Source: Candidatus Omnitrophota bacterium (GTDB lineage Bacteria > Omnitrophota > Gorgyraeia > Zapsychrales > Zapsychraceae). From it: 64,000 nucleotides of DNA. This document shows positions 1 to 10,472 of this stretch, piece by piece. The stretch is taken from positions 68,045-132,044 of the forward strand of contig JADFXQ010000001.1 of the NCBI GenBank assembly GCA_015233495.1. The letters are read 5' to 3'. The notes under the pieces were generated by a model. It had not been told where the DNA came from. It ran no database searches and saw nothing but the letters and a program-made list of their open reading frames with translations. The translations under genes were made by a program, and so were the position numbers. Position 1 is the first letter of the stretch, and each line of letters starts with the position of its first letter.

Positions 1-889
1 CCGCCGTGACCTGTCCCTGGAAAACATTTCCCAAGCTATCGGGGGTAATGATTCCCGCCAAAGATTCCCAGCTCCCCAAATCCGACCAGCCTAAATCCGG
101 CGCGAGAACCGCGACGACCCGTTGGGATTTTTCCAATACGCCGTAATCGATGGAGACCGGTTCAAGCTTAGCCCATTGCGCATTGAAATCAGCGTGGTTC
201 AAATGAACGCGAAAAAATTGTTCCAGGTTCGGCAGATGGGCGCGAAATTCTTCTAAGATAACGCCAGCCTTCCACACAAACATCCCGCTGTTCCAAAAAT
301 AATTTCCCTGGCGCAGATATTGCCGGGCCCGTTTGATATCCGGCTTTTCCACGAACCGCGCCACTTTGTGAATGGTCGCGCCCTGACTTCGGCTAGTCTT
401 GGTCTGAAAATATCCGTATCCGGTTTCCGGCCGGGTCGGAGTAATGCCAAAGGTGACCAAAAAATCGGTTTGCGCCAAGGCGATCGCCCGGTCCAGACAG
501 GCCAGAAATTTTTTCGACTCGCGGATCAAATGATCCGACGGAAAAATGCCCATGACCGCTTGCGGGTCCCGGCCGTGAATCACAGACGCGGCCCAGCCGA
601 TCGCGGGCGCGGTATTCTTGGCGGATGGTTCATATAAAATATTAGCGGGTGGAATCGCAAACCCGGACAGTTGGCGTTTGATAATTGTCCGGTACCGCTG
701 ATTGGTCAAAATCAAAATATTGGCCTGCGGCACCCGGGCCGCGACCCGTTGGACCGTCTGCTGTAACAACGAATCCTTCCCGGTCAAGGCCAGAAATTGT
801 TTGGGAAAACTCGCCCGGCTCAACGGCCAAAACCGCGTGCCGGATCCCCCGGCGAGAATCACAGCGTAAATATGGCTTCGATTTGTCAT
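1..889 (-). CDS. manC: Mannose-1-phosphate guanylyltransferase (3' end outside window)
   Basis: Not in the ORF track. Manual translation from ATG at 889 gives MTNRSHIYAVILAGGSGTRFWPLSRASFPKQFL..., then FGITPTRPETGYGY, FVEKPD, WNSGMFVW, SIDYGVLEK, GWSDLGSW. Confidence 0.95.
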   Translation of the reverse strand, partial: MTNRSHIYAVILAGGSGTRFWPLSRASFPKQFLALTGKDSLLQQTVQRVAARVPQANILILTNQRYRTIIKRQLSGFAIPPANILYEPSAKNTAPAIGWAASVIHGRDPQAVMGIFPSDHLIRESKKFLACLDRAIALAQTDFLVTFGITPTRPETGYGYFQTKTSRSQGATIHKVARFVEKPDIKRARQYLRQGNYFWNSGMFVWKAGVILEEFRAHLPNLEQFFRVHLNHADFNAQWAKLEPVSIDYGVLEKSQRVVAVLAPDLGWSDLGSWESLAGIITPDSLGNVFQGQVTA

Positions 890-944
890 GGTTGAAAGAA
901 TAACATCAAGATGTCATTTGTCTGACTTAAATAACCTCTTTCCG

Positions 945-2123
945 TTATATTCCTGTATTCATTTTTTTAATAAACTTTCCGACCACTTCCGCCACATAAT
1001 CCAAATCCGCCAATTCGATGTCCTGATGGATGCCGATGTGCGTCCCGTGATCGGAACAGAATTCGGCTTCCGGGAAATCGCCGAGTTTGTGGCCTAAAAA
1101 AGCATAGCTCGGGCATTGCGTTGGTATGGAATAAAATAAATTGCGCGAATCAATGCCGGCGGCCTCGATTTGGGCGACCAATTGATCTTTAGAAAACGGC
1201 AGGCCTTCGCGGACAATTATGTGAAACGCGTGCGGCCCGATTTTTTCATACGGCTCTTCTTTGAGGAATATAAAATACGGCTCAAAGATTTTGAATTTGT
1301 CGATCAGGTACAGTAAATTCCGCCGGCGTTTGCCTAAAATCTGATCAAAAATTTTAATGTTTCCTAAACCCACCGCGGCTTCCAGCTCATTCATTTTCGC
1401 GGAAAACCCGACTCGTTTTGCCGTAAATTTTCCGTCAATGCCATGGTTGCGCAACGAGATCAACACGTCCCGCAGCTTCTGGTCATTGGTCGTCACCATT
1501 CCGCCTTCAATGGAGGTGACAATATGCGCGGCGTATAAACTATAAGCCGCCATTCGGCCGAAGGTCCCGATTTTTTTTCCGCGGTATTCCGCGCCATGCG
1601 CTTCTGCCGCGTCTTCAATCACCAACAGCTTATGCTGACGGGCAATCGCCATGATCTGATCCATGTCCGCGGGCTTGCCCATCAAATGCACCGGCATGAT
1701 CGCCCGGGTCTTAGAGGTAATCGCCGCCTCGATTTTATCCGGATCAATGTTCAACGTGTCCCGCCGAACATCCACGAACACCGGCGTGAGTCCGGCTTGC
1801 AGGACAGCGTTGCCGCTGGCCACGAACGATAACGCGGGCACAATGATTTCATCGCCGCGCGCTGCTCCCTCATCATAAAGCGCCGCGCAAGCCAAGGCAT
1901 CCGCGTCCGTGCCGCTGCTCACCGAAACTGCGTATTTTACGCCAAACAATTCGGCGAACTTTTCCTCAAACGCCTGCACATATTTGCCGCGGGTCAACCA
2001 TTTCGCGTCAATAGCGGCGTTAATTAGCTGTTTTGCCTCGTCGGTAATGGAAACCGTGCCAAACGGCACCCGCATCTTCGCTTTAGCGGCCAAAGACGCG
2101 CTGTTCGCGTGATCAATCGTCAT
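945..2123 (-). CDS. DegT/DnrJ/EryC1/StrS-family PLP enzyme with His at the catalytic Lys position (ColD/RfbH-type sugar 3-dehydratase)
   Basis: VSSGTDA, IMPVHLMG, IEDAAEAHG and SLYAAHIVTSIEGG motifs. Start at 2123 forms an ATGA overlap with the upstream stop. Confidence 0.85.
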   Translation of the reverse strand: MTIDHANSASLAAKAKMRVPFGTVSITDEAKQLINAAIDAKWLTRGKYVQAFEEKFAELFGVKYAVSVSSGTDADALACAALYDEGAARGDEIIVPALSFVASGNAVLQAGLTPVFVDVRRDTLNIDPDKIEAAITSKTRAIMPVHLMGKPADMDQIMAIARQHKLLVIEDAAEAHGAEYRGKKIGTFGRMAAYSLYAAHIVTSIEGGMVTTNDQKLRDVLISLRNHGIDGKFTAKRVGFSAKMNELEAAVGLGNIKIFDQILGKRRRNLLYLIDKFKIFEPYFIFLKEEPYEKIGPHAFHIIVREGLPFSKDQLVAQIEAAGIDSRNLFYSIPTQCPSYAFLGHKLGDFPEAEFCSDHGTHIGIHQDIELADLDYVAEVVGKFIKKMNTGI

Positions 2124-3115
2124 TTCTTTTTTTCCCTCTCTACTTGTTTGCGGCAATAATCCAATAAATGGTCTACCGTATCGGCAAACGCATATTTCGG
2201 CTGCCAGCCGGTCTCCGTTTCAAACTTTGCCGTGTCCGGAATGGATAAGGCAATATCCGTTGGCCGCAGCAACCCCGGGTCGACCCTCGACGGAATCGGC
2301 CGCCGGGCTTTTTGTTTTAATATTTCCAGAAATTCCCGGATCGTGACCGGATTTTTCGCGCCAATGTTATAAACCTCACCTGGCCGTCCTTGGGTCAACG
2401 CGATCCATAATGCCTCTGCCGCGTCCCGGGCGTCTAAGAGCGTCCGCTTCGCGTCTAAATTTCCGTGTGTCAGCTCAGTCTGCAGTCCGGCTTCAATGCG
2501 CGCGACCTGGGTCGCAAAGGCGGAGGCGAATAAATCCGGCCGGCGCGGACTGATATAGGGAAACATCCGCGCCCGGATAATTTTCATTCCATAACACAAA
2601 AAATAACATTCGCCCAAAAGGTCCTGCGTGACCTTGGAAACGGAATAAGGATTCACCCCCTGCAAAGGACACGTTTCATTAACGGGGATGTGCCGGGGAT
2701 CGACCCGGCCATAGACTTCCGACGAACTGCAAATCAAGATGTAGGGATCAAGTTTAAGCTGGCGCACCGCGTCGAGCAAATGCGCGGCGCCCATCATATT
2801 GTTATAAAGAACCGGCAAAGGCGCCTTGAACGAGGCCCGCACATCCGCGTCGGAAGCCACATGAACAATGCCGTCGGGCCGCACCAGATACAGCACTTCC
2901 AACACCGCGTGCAAATCCGTCAAATCCGCGTAATGAATTTCAACCCGGGACTCCACCCCTGCCAAATTGCGGCGCGCTGCCTTGCTCTGTCCTCGCGCCA
3001 GACCATGCACGCAGACATTGGGATGACGCGCCACAATATAATCGGCAAGATAACTTCCGGCCGCGCCGGTAATGCCCGCGATGAAAATCTTTTTAAATTT
3101 ACGCGTATCGTTCAT
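2120..3115 (-). CDS. GDP-mannose 4,6-dehydratase-like extended SDR (Gmd/Rmd family)
   Basis: GITGAAGSYLA, SSSEVYG, NPYSVSK, HGNLDAKR, LLRPTD. Confidence 0.85.
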   Translation of the reverse strand: MNDTRKFKKIFIAGITGAAGSYLADYIVARHPNVCVHGLARGQSKAARRNLAGVESRVEIHYADLTDLHAVLEVLYLVRPDGIVHVASDADVRASFKAPLPVLYNNMMGAAHLLDAVRQLKLDPYILICSSSEVYGRVDPRHIPVNETCPLQGVNPYSVSKVTQDLLGECYFLCYGMKIIRARMFPYISPRRPDLFASAFATQVARIEAGLQTELTHGNLDAKRTLLDARDAAEALWIALTQGRPGEVYNIGAKNPVTIREFLEILKQKARRPIPSRVDPGLLRPTDIALSIPDTAKFETETGWQPKYAFADTVDHLLDYCRKQVEREKKK

Positions 3116-3174
3116 ATTTTTTGTGAGTCGCGCTATTGGAACGAAAAGAAAATCCCAGCCATAATCGACCTGAA

Positions 3175-3870
3175 TCAGCGGTTCCCTTCCCCCCGCGCGC
3201 GCGCGATCCGTTCCGGGGTGCCGATATCATGAAACGACGATTCCGTGACAAAGGCGTAAAGACCTTGGGCAACAAGTTGAGGAAACAGGTCATATTCTAA
3301 CGAAAATTTTTCTCGTTGCGGCGTCAAAACAAAAATTTTTTTGGAAAAACAATATATCCCGGCGTTGGCAAATACCGGTCCGGCAGGAGCGAACGCGGAT
3401 TTTTCATGAAATGCCAAAATACGCTGCGCAGCATCGAAAATAACTGCGCCAAAATCCGCGCCATTATCGACCCGGGACACCGCCAGAGTTCCCAGGCTAT
3501 TCTTCTGACGGTGAAAACTTAAAAGAGCGTCCAGATCCGCCGGGCAAAAGGAATCGCCGTTAAATACAAAAAAATCGTCGGAAGCAATCAATCCCGAAGC
3601 TAATTGCAAAGCGCCCCCGGTGCCTAAAGGAGTGGTTTCGCGGGAAAATAATACCGCCATTCCCGGATTGGCTTGGTAATACGCTTCAATTTCTTGCGCC
3701 TGATACCCCGTGCACAGAATCACCCGGCGCGCGCCTTGCCCCCGCAATTGATCCATAATCCGGTCGAGAAACGGCCGGCCGTTCACCTGAGCCATGACCT
3801 TGGCATGCTCACCGATCACGGATCGCAACCGCGTACCCAACCCGCCGCAAAGAATAACCGCGTCAATCAA
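3175..3870 (-). CDS. Sugar-1-phosphate nucleotidyltransferase, HddC-like (heptose-1-P guanylyltransferase)
   Basis: AVILCGGLGTRLRSV, PLGTGGAL, NGDSF, FHDIGTPE. TTG start overlaps the upstream TGA. Confidence 0.8.
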   Translation of the reverse strand: MIDAVILCGGLGTRLRSVIGEHAKVMAQVNGRPFLDRIMDQLRGQGARRVILCTGYQAQEIEAYYQANPGMAVLFSRETTPLGTGGALQLASGLIASDDFFVFNGDSFCPADLDALLSFHRQKNSLGTLAVSRVDNGADFGAVIFDAAQRILAFHEKSAFAPAGPVFANAGIYCFSKKIFVLTPQREKFSLEYDLFPQLVAQGLYAFVTESSFHDIGTPERIARARGEGNR

Positions 3871-4214
3871 TTCGAACTCCCCATCTCCTTCAAATGCGCT
3901 CGGGCCATATCCGTCCAAAACCCTTCGGAATATTTTTTAGTCAGCCGTTCGTACACTTCCTGCGCTTCCCGCGTCCGACCGCAAGCGCGGGCGCTTTGTG
4001 CCCAATAATATAAAGCAGCAGCCGCCATAGGATGATCTGGCTGTTCATTGGCGAATTTCTGATAAAACTGCCGCGCCTGTTCATAATGTTTACGGTCATA
4101 CGCGGATTGCGCCAAATCATATGCGTCCGGCGAAACATAGCGGGTCGACGCGCATCCGGATAGGATAGCGATCCCCAACAGCAGCTCTAACCAAAAAATT
4201 TTTTTCATTTCCAT
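3867..4214 (-). CDS. TPR lipoprotein (CpoB/BamD-like)
   Basis: Lipobox LSGC. TPR-like helices YEQARQFYQKF...AAAALYYWA...YERLTKKY. Confidence 0.75.
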   Translation of the reverse strand: MEMKKIFWLELLLGIAILSGCASTRYVSPDAYDLAQSAYDRKHYEQARQFYQKFANEQPDHPMAAAALYYWAQSARACGRTREAQEVYERLTKKYSEGFWTDMARAHLKEMGSSN

Positions 4215-4861
4215 TGCTCCTCAATCCATTGCGCAGCTTGCATATAATCCCGGGTATCCGGAACAATGCTGTCTTCTCCCTCCCGGATCGTCTTAACCTT
4301 CCAACCCAAATCATAAAGAAACTGATGATCAGCTTGCGTTGCCTGCTCTTGATTATCCTTGATCCGTCGGATCAAAACGGCCCAGTGACGTATCCGCGCT
4401 TGATGACCACTTTTATAACGCTCCGGAATGGCCCCGCCTTGAATAACCACCGCCCGAAACAGCGCGCTCTGTTCAAAAAGCAAGGCGTACGCCATTGTCG
4501 CCCCTTCGACAAAACCCGCCGCAATGATTTTTTGCGGGTTTACCGGATACGAATGCCCAATTTGTTTAAGCGTGCCGGCTAACCGGCGGCTCTCCCAGGA
4601 AAGACTGCTGATTTCCGGCTTGATATTTTTCTCCGCGTAAATTAGCCATTTGTAGGTTTCAGCCACATTTTTCCAAGCGCCGATCATCGCCCAGGCATCC
4701 GGCTTCTTCGAAAAAACCGCGACTAAAGGATAGGTTCTTCCCACCACAACGCCCTGGGGAATATACAATAAATAGTCTTTGGTATTGGTCAGCCGCGGCA
4801 CCTGCGCCAAAGCCGGACCCGCCCAAAAAAGCAACATCAGCAAACCAAAGCTTATTTTCAT
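4205..4861 (-). CDS. Secreted alpha/beta-hydrolase-like protein, catalytic motif degenerate
   Basis: Signal peptide ending ALA-Q. YLLYIP...YPLV and KIIAAGFVEGATMA (nucleophile elbow lacking Ser). Confidence 0.55.
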   Translation of the reverse strand: MKISFGLLMLLFWAGPALAQVPRLTNTKDYLLYIPQGVVVGRTYPLVAVFSKKPDAWAMIGAWKNVAETYKWLIYAEKNIKPEISSLSWESRRLAGTLKQIGHSYPVNPQKIIAAGFVEGATMAYALLFEQSALFRAVVIQGGAIPERYKSGHQARIRHWAVLIRRIKDNQEQATQADHQFLYDLGWKVKTIREGEDSIVPDTRDYMQAAQWIEEQWK

Positions 4862-5020
4862 AAAACCTGCCTCAACGGTGTAAGTTGTGACGATTATACC
4901 CTATCCCAGAAGCTCTGAAAAGCACTAAATCTGCCGCTAAAATTTCCGGCGAAAAATCGGTCAGCATGTTATAATTGAAAAAATATTAAAGCGTGCCGCC
5001 CCAGCAAAAGGAGCCTGTTT

Positions 5021-5437
5021 ATGGAAACGTACATTTCTTTGTCGAAAAAATGGACCGCGCAGCAAAAAGAAATCTGGGCGGTGATTGAAGACCATTGGCA
5101 ATGTCTCGTCGAAGGAAAGACCGAACAATTCATCCAATACATTCACCCCGACTTTGTCGGATTCGGCCATGAAAGCCCTTACCCGGTGGATTTCGGCTGG
5201 CTGAAAGACTGGGTTGGTTTTTGGTCAAAAAGCACAAAATTTCTCACCCACGGCGTGCGGCCTATCCACATTGTTATTCACGACAATATCGCAATCGTGC
5301 AATACTGTCTGTTTACTATCGTTAAACACGATGTCAGCGCGCCGACCAGCTCCATCCGGCGTTACACCATGACCTGGAAAAAAACAAACGGTAAATGGCA
5401 AGTCATTGCCAGCCATAATAATCTGCAAGGGGAGTAA
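5021..5437 (+). CDS. NTF2/SnoaL-like (DUF4440) protein
   Basis: IHPDFVGF, and the C-terminal RYTMTWKKTNGKWQVIASHN typical of NTF2-like folds. RBS AAGGAG. Confidence 0.8.
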   Translation: METYISLSKKWTAQQKEIWAVIEDHWQCLVEGKTEQFIQYIHPDFVGFGHESPYPVDFGWLKDWVGFWSKSTKFLTHGVRPIHIVIHDNIAIVQYCLFTIVKHDVSAPTSSIRRYTMTWKKTNGKWQVIASHNNLQGE

Positions 5438-5438
5438 T

Positions 5439-5552
5439 ACAGGACACAAGTATTCTAAATTTTAATTCTAGTTTTTAATAGAAAATCAGGCAGACACAAC
5501 AAATTTTTAAATAAATGTAAACGACATTACTTGTGTCTTGTGTCTTGTGTCT
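5439..5552 (+). repeat. Intergenic element copy A (GACACAA heptamer inverted ends)
   Basis: AGGACACAAGTATT...TCAGGCAGACACAACAAA...ACTTGTGTCTTGTGTCTTGTGTC. Closely matches the reverse complement of 24053-24176. Confidence 0.9.
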
Positions 5553-5555
5553 TTT

Positions 5556-6326
5556 TTAAAACCGCACTACCACCCCAGTCACAATTCCACACGCTTCGTT
5601 TTTATTGACAATCGGACTTTTCTTGATATTGGTTCCCAGGAATTCCAGGTCGAAACGGGTAACTAAAAAACACGTTTTCGACAACCCCATATTAAACCCG
5701 AGATTGACAAAAGGATTCCACGCGGCGTCGCCTTTATACGACGAACGCGACGCATTGGCTTCATAATCCCGCACGCCATAATAATAATCCACGAACATTT
5801 TGCTTTGCCAGGACGCGCCCAGGGACGGAACAATTTCAAAAAACGACCCTTTGAATTTTTTCGTCAAAGCCAGAACGCCTTCTTGCCCGCCGTAGACGTT
5901 CAACACATCCGTCGAAACTTCCACGCTTAAAAACAAATCTTCCCCCCACGGGATCGTCCGCTCGACCCGGCCGCCGGCTGCCAGGGAATTATGGCGGTCT
6001 TCCATGCCGGCAAAAGCTTTGGAATCATCCGCCTGATAACCCGTCAGCTGAGGCGACAAAAAAACATCCGCGCGCCAATCGTCATTTTCAAAAGCCACCC
6101 ATCCGCCTTTCAACCCCTGAATAAAAAAATTTCCCTGCCGCCATTTGATTATCGGAATCGGCGTCACTGACGGCTTCATGTCCTCATACGGCCGGAAAGC
6201 AGTATAAACCCCCATACCCGCCACATTAAATTCTCCCTTCTCCCGAGGCGCATCCTGCGCCCATCCGAGGTTTGCGCAGCATAACAGTGACAAGCAAAAT
6301 TCCATCACAAGTTTCCGTGACAACAT
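5556..6326 (-). CDS. MipA/OmpV-family outer-membrane protein
   Basis: Signal peptide, FVDYYYGVR, IKKSPIV, C-terminal Phe. Confidence 0.85.
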   Translation of the reverse strand: MLSRKLVMEFCLSLLCCANLGWAQDAPREKGEFNVAGMGVYTAFRPYEDMKPSVTPIPIIKWRQGNFFIQGLKGGWVAFENDDWRADVFLSPQLTGYQADDSKAFAGMEDRHNSLAAGGRVERTIPWGEDLFLSVEVSTDVLNVYGGQEGVLALTKKFKGSFFEIVPSLGASWQSKMFVDYYYGVRDYEANASRSSYKGDAAWNPFVNLGFNMGLSKTCFLVTRFDLEFLGTNIKKSPIVNKNEACGIVTGVVVRF

Positions 6327-6609
6327 TTCCCGCTCCTCTGTTCATTGAGTTAAATAAAAAATATTTTATGCCAAAAATGGAAACACGCAAGCGGGAATCT
6401 CGAATTTATATCGTCGAGATCTCTGTCCATGATTTTGCAATTGCCGATTTTTCGCGGTGATCGGACTCTTGCGGAAAAACGTTTCCCTTTGACACTAAAG
6501 TAAGGTAGACAAATCAATTTTCTCAAGATAAAATAAATCCAAAAAGGGATATGCGGATTCGGGCGTAAATATATATATTACACAAAAATAATTCTTACAG
6601 GTGAATCTA

Positions 6610-7164
6610 ATGTTTAAACGAGTGTTAGTCCCCTTAGCCGAAGGTTTTGAAGAAATCGAGGCTCTTTTCCCGGTAGATTTATTGCGGCGCGCTGAGATTG
6701 AAGTTGTGATCGCCGGCCTAAACACTCAAAACGTCAAAAGCGCCCACGGAATCATTGTCACTGCGGATACCACGTTGGATAAAGTCACGGGCAATTTCGA
6801 CGGCGTTCTGCTGCACGGCGGCAATCCCGGCACACAAAATCTGGCAGCTTCAACCTTGGTTTCCGAGTTGATCAAACAATATTTTCAGCAAGGAAAATTG
6901 ATCGCCGCGATCTGCGGCGCCCCCGCCGGAGTGGTGTATCCGACCGGCATCCTCAAAGACAAACGCGCGACCGGTTTTCCCGGCGCAGAAAAGCGGTTCG
7001 GCAAAGACACCATCTTTGTGCTCGCGCCGGTCGTGGTTGACGGCAATATCCTCACCAGCCGCGGTGTCGGCACGGCGCACGCCTTTGGCTTGGCGGTCAT
7101 TGCCTATCTTTTGGGCAATGAAAAACGCGACGAGATCAGCCAACGGACTTTATTCCCGGAATAA
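6610..7164 (+). CDS. DJ-1/PfpI (YajL/ThiJ) family protein
   Basis: LAEGFEEIE, IAAICGAP, VVDGNILTSRGVG. Confidence 0.9.
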   Translation: MFKRVLVPLAEGFEEIEALFPVDLLRRAEIEVVIAGLNTQNVKSAHGIIVTADTTLDKVTGNFDGVLLHGGNPGTQNLAASTLVSELIKQYFQQGKLIAAICGAPAGVVYPTGILKDKRATGFPGAEKRFGKDTIFVLAPVVVDGNILTSRGVGTAHAFGLAVIAYLLGNEKRDEISQRTLFPE

Positions 7165-7253
7165 ATTCTAGGGAAATGCGTCCATAACATTGCGAATGCG
7201 CGCGCCTTCCGTTATAATGAACCCTTTCCGATTTTAATTGCCAAAGGATTATC

Positions 7254-10200
7254 TTGAAACGGCCCGCTTCCCTTTTTTTCGCGCTTTTATTTGTCCTGAT
7301 TTTTGCCTGCGGATTATTTTATATCCGGAATGTTTTCATCCCGATTCACTTAAAACAGATCCTGATCAACCAAGCTTCGGCTTTTCTCAAACGCCGGATT
7401 GTGGTCGAAGATATTGATTTCCGAGTCCCGCAAGGCTTCCGGTTTAAAAGATTAACCGTCTTTCGCCAAGACGATCCGCAAAAGCCGTTTATCCAAGTTG
7501 ACGAAATCACTTTCGGCTTTTTCTTTCCCGACTTTTTTCATCAAAGGTCCGTTTATATCCCCTCTTTGAATATCAACGGCCCCTCCATTTTCCTGCGGCG
7601 CGATGAAAAAAACGGCTGGAATTTCGCGGATCTGCTCCCCGGCTCCGGTAAGCAAGGAATAAAAATCAACCGTTTCGGTTTCCGCGTATCCACCCGTCGC
7701 TTCCTCGTGAAAAATGGAAAAATTGCTGTCGAAGACGCATCGGTCAATCCGCCGCTCATAGAAAGCATCAACAATATCAACGCCGATGTCCGGCTCAGCT
7801 CGACGCGCCGCGTCATTTTTTCCGTAGACCTTGCTATTCCCCAACGCCAAGCGGATCTGCAACTGAGCGGAGCATACGATCTGAATCAAAAAAAATTATC
7901 CGCTACCCTGGCCGGCCGCAACCTCCCGCTCGCCGCTTATTTCCCAACCTTTCACCAAACTTGGCCTGTCGCTTTCCCAGCCGGCATACTCGCGTCCCTC
8001 AAAACCGCAGTCACTTACGAGAACCAGACACTCTCGCTCATCGGGGATTTCGCCGTGCGTCAACTGCAGATTGCGTCTTTGCCATCCGCGCTTTTCTCGA
8101 TCCGGCAGATCACCGGCCAAAAGTATGCCGCGTCTTGGGACGGTAAAAGTTTCTTAACGAAAGGCAATCTCCTCCTTTCCGATTTAGAAATAAAATCCGG
8201 GACTGAAACATTTACCGCGGCCAACCTGACCTCCGGAGACTTATTCTGCGGCCGAACGCCTAATAAAATCGGCTTAAACGGCAGCTTCACCGTCGCCAAT
8301 GCTGTTTTTCAATCCGCGGGTCAGCAAGTTCAAGGCAATGTGATCTTCGATAATTTCAGAATCGTCCGGGAAGCAACCGGAATCAAAATCAAATCGGATA
8401 TCAAAATTCCGGATCTAACCGTCACCCGTGAAAACGGCTGGCGCGCCAGCGGCAACCTTACTTTATCCAAATTGCGGGCAGCCATCAACCCCGCAGAAAA
8501 AATCTATTCCGTAAAAAGCGGGATAACTTTGCTCAATTTGTCAGTCCAAAACGCCCAAGGATTAAATATCAAAACCAACGCCAATGACCCGGATCTCCGG
8601 CTCGACGGAAAAAATGCCGCTTGGAAAATCACCACCTCGCCGCAATTGATGAACTCCTTGGTTAAAACCCCGCAAGGCTTTGAATTCCGCGGCAGTGCGA
8701 CCTTTGATCCCACCCAACTTGATTTTGCCAACCATATCCTCACCATCGCCGGTAAAACGGTTTGCCATATTCCCACGGCAAAAATCGGCGAAAACCGCGG
8801 ATTCCAAGGCAATCCCGAGATCACGTTCAGCGTCCGCTCCGATCCGGCCCAAGAAAATCCCTGGGATTTTCAAAGCTCGGTTCTTTTGTCAGACGCAATC
8901 ATTGATGGCGTTCCGGGATTAGGCCAGATCTCCCGCGTCAGCGGTCTGCTCCAATTACGCCCGAATTCCATCCGCGCGGAAAAATTGGATCTCCGGGTCG
9001 CCAATTATGACCTGACGCTTTCCGGCGCGCTGCGCGATTTTGACAATCCCTATGCGGATCTTAAAGTTGCCACCCCCCGCGTCGATTTGGAATATCTTTT
9101 AGCCCGGCTTCCCCAGGATATACTTGCCAAAATTCCCGGCAAAATCGCCGGCCCCGCCGCGGGTGAAGTGAGCTTCAAAGGTTTAATCAGCCAGCCTGCG
9201 CAAGCCGAGATTACTGCCGCTATCTCTCTCGACGGGTTGCAGATTGCCCTGCCCGCTTTGCCGGGTCCAATCGACGCGGTGAGGGGAAAGATCCATTACA
9301 ACTCCCGGCAAACAACCTGGGAACAATTAACTGCGACATTCCAAAACCGCGACTACACGCTCAACGGGAAATTCACCCGCACACTCAAACCCTCGATTGA
9401 TCTCGAACTGCAAGAAAAAGATTTGTATTTTACCGCTAAAGTCAATCTGCTCAACCAGGTATTTCAAATAGACGCCTGTCAAGGCCGGTATCTGACCAGC
9501 GATTTTGACTTTAAAGGCGATATCAAATTAGACCCGTCCGGGAATCATTTCTTTGATATGCGGACCAATCTCGCCCTGAATTTAGCGGATTTGGCTTTAC
9601 TTCCCTACCCGCCTCTGCAAGACGCGGCCCGGCAGATTGATCCGCAAGGCGAGATCAGATTCAACGGTTTATGCCGCGGCCATATCCGCGATTGGCAAAA
9701 ATGGGACATAAAATATAAGGCAAATGCCGATGAAATCAAACTCAAAGGCATCCCCTTGACCGGCATGGTGGCAGACTTTGAACAACGGGGCGAGTATATT
9801 AGCAAATGCCTGCTCAGCGCGGATGTTTACGGAGGCAAGTTGAACCTGAAAGCAACGGCTGATCTGAAAAACAACAAGATTTTAAGCGATATTACCGCGA
9901 ACGTGGCGAATGCGGATTTGGCAAAATATACCGCGGAAAAAAAATTAAAAAACGAACAGATTGCCGGGACAGTCAACGCCTTTCTCCATGTCATCGGCCC
10001 GCTCAACGCCCCCAAATCGCTTAAAGGACAAGGCACACTGAAAATCACCAATGGTTATCTCTGGCGGTGGGACATTCTAGACGGGTTGTTCAAAGCCCTC
10101 TTGATCCCGGAATTTCAAAATATTTATTTCACGGGGGCGAACGCGGATTTTAAAATTAACAATGGAAAAATCGGCACGGACAATTTGAAACTGACCGGCA

Positions 10201-10472
10201 ATGTTCTCTCGCTGGCCGGAACCGGCTGGATGGATTTTAACGGTAATCTGCGGTTCAATATTGTCCCGCATTTTGACATTACGCTGATCGAACAATCCCA
10301 ATCTCTGCAGAAGATCCCCACGCAAATCATCAGTCAAGCCGTGCAAGCCAAAATCAGCGGCACCTTGGCCAAACCCGCTTACCTCATCGAACCCTTGCCG
10401 TTAAAAGTCCTGGAAGAAACCACGGATATTATCCGACAGGGCGTGCAAAATATTCTTGGAGAGTTGTTTTAA
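7254..10472 (+). CDS. AsmA-family (DUF748/AsmA-like C-terminal) envelope protein
   Basis: N-terminal TM anchor, RRDEKNGWNFADLL, beta-rich body, C-terminal ISGTLAKP. 3' end overlaps rdgB by 44 nt. Confidence 0.75.
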   Translation: MKRPASLFFALLFVLIFACGLFYIRNVFIPIHLKQILINQASAFLKRRIVVEDIDFRVPQGFRFKRLTVFRQDDPQKPFIQVDEITFGFFFPDFFHQRSVYIPSLNINGPSIFLRRDEKNGWNFADLLPGSGKQGIKINRFGFRVSTRRFLVKNGKIAVEDASVNPPLIESINNINADVRLSSTRRVIFSVDLAIPQRQADLQLSGAYDLNQKKLSATLAGRNLPLAAYFPTFHQTWPVAFPAGILASLKTAVTYENQTLSLIGDFAVRQLQIASLPSALFSIRQITGQKYAASWDGKSFLTKGNLLLSDLEIKSGTETFTAANLTSGDLFCGRTPNKIGLNGSFTVANAVFQSAGQQVQGNVIFDNFRIVREATGIKIKSDIKIPDLTVTRENGWRASGNLTLSKLRAAINPAEKIYSVKSGITLLNLSVQNAQGLNIKTNANDPDLRLDGKNAAWKITTSPQLMNSLVKTPQGFEFRGSATFDPTQLDFANHILTIAGKTVCHIPTAKIGENRGFQGNPEITFSVRSDPAQENPWDFQSSVLLSDAIIDGVPGLGQISRVSGLLQLRPNSIRAEKLDLRVANYDLTLSGALRDFDNPYADLKVATPRVDLEYLLARLPQDILAKIPGKIAGPAAGEVSFKGLISQPAQAEITAAISLDGLQIALPALPGPIDAVRGKIHYNSRQTTWEQLTATFQNRDYTLNGKFTRTLKPSIDLELQEKDLYFTAKVNLLNQVFQIDACQGRYLTSDFDFKGDIKLDPSGNHFFDMRTNLALNLADLALLPYPPLQDAARQIDPQGEIRFNGLCRGHIRDWQKWDIKYKANADEIKLKGIPLTGMVADFEQRGEYISKCLLSADVYGGKLNLKATADLKNNKILSDITANVANADLAKYTAEKKLKNEQIAGTVNAFLHVIGPLNAPKSLKGQGTLKITNGYLWRWDILDGLFKALLIPEFQNIYFTGANADFKINNGKIGTDNLKLTGNVLSLAGTGWMDFNGNLRFNIVPHFDITLIEQSQSLQKIPTQIISQAVQAKISGTLAKPAYLIEPLPLKVLEETTDIIRQGVQNILGELF

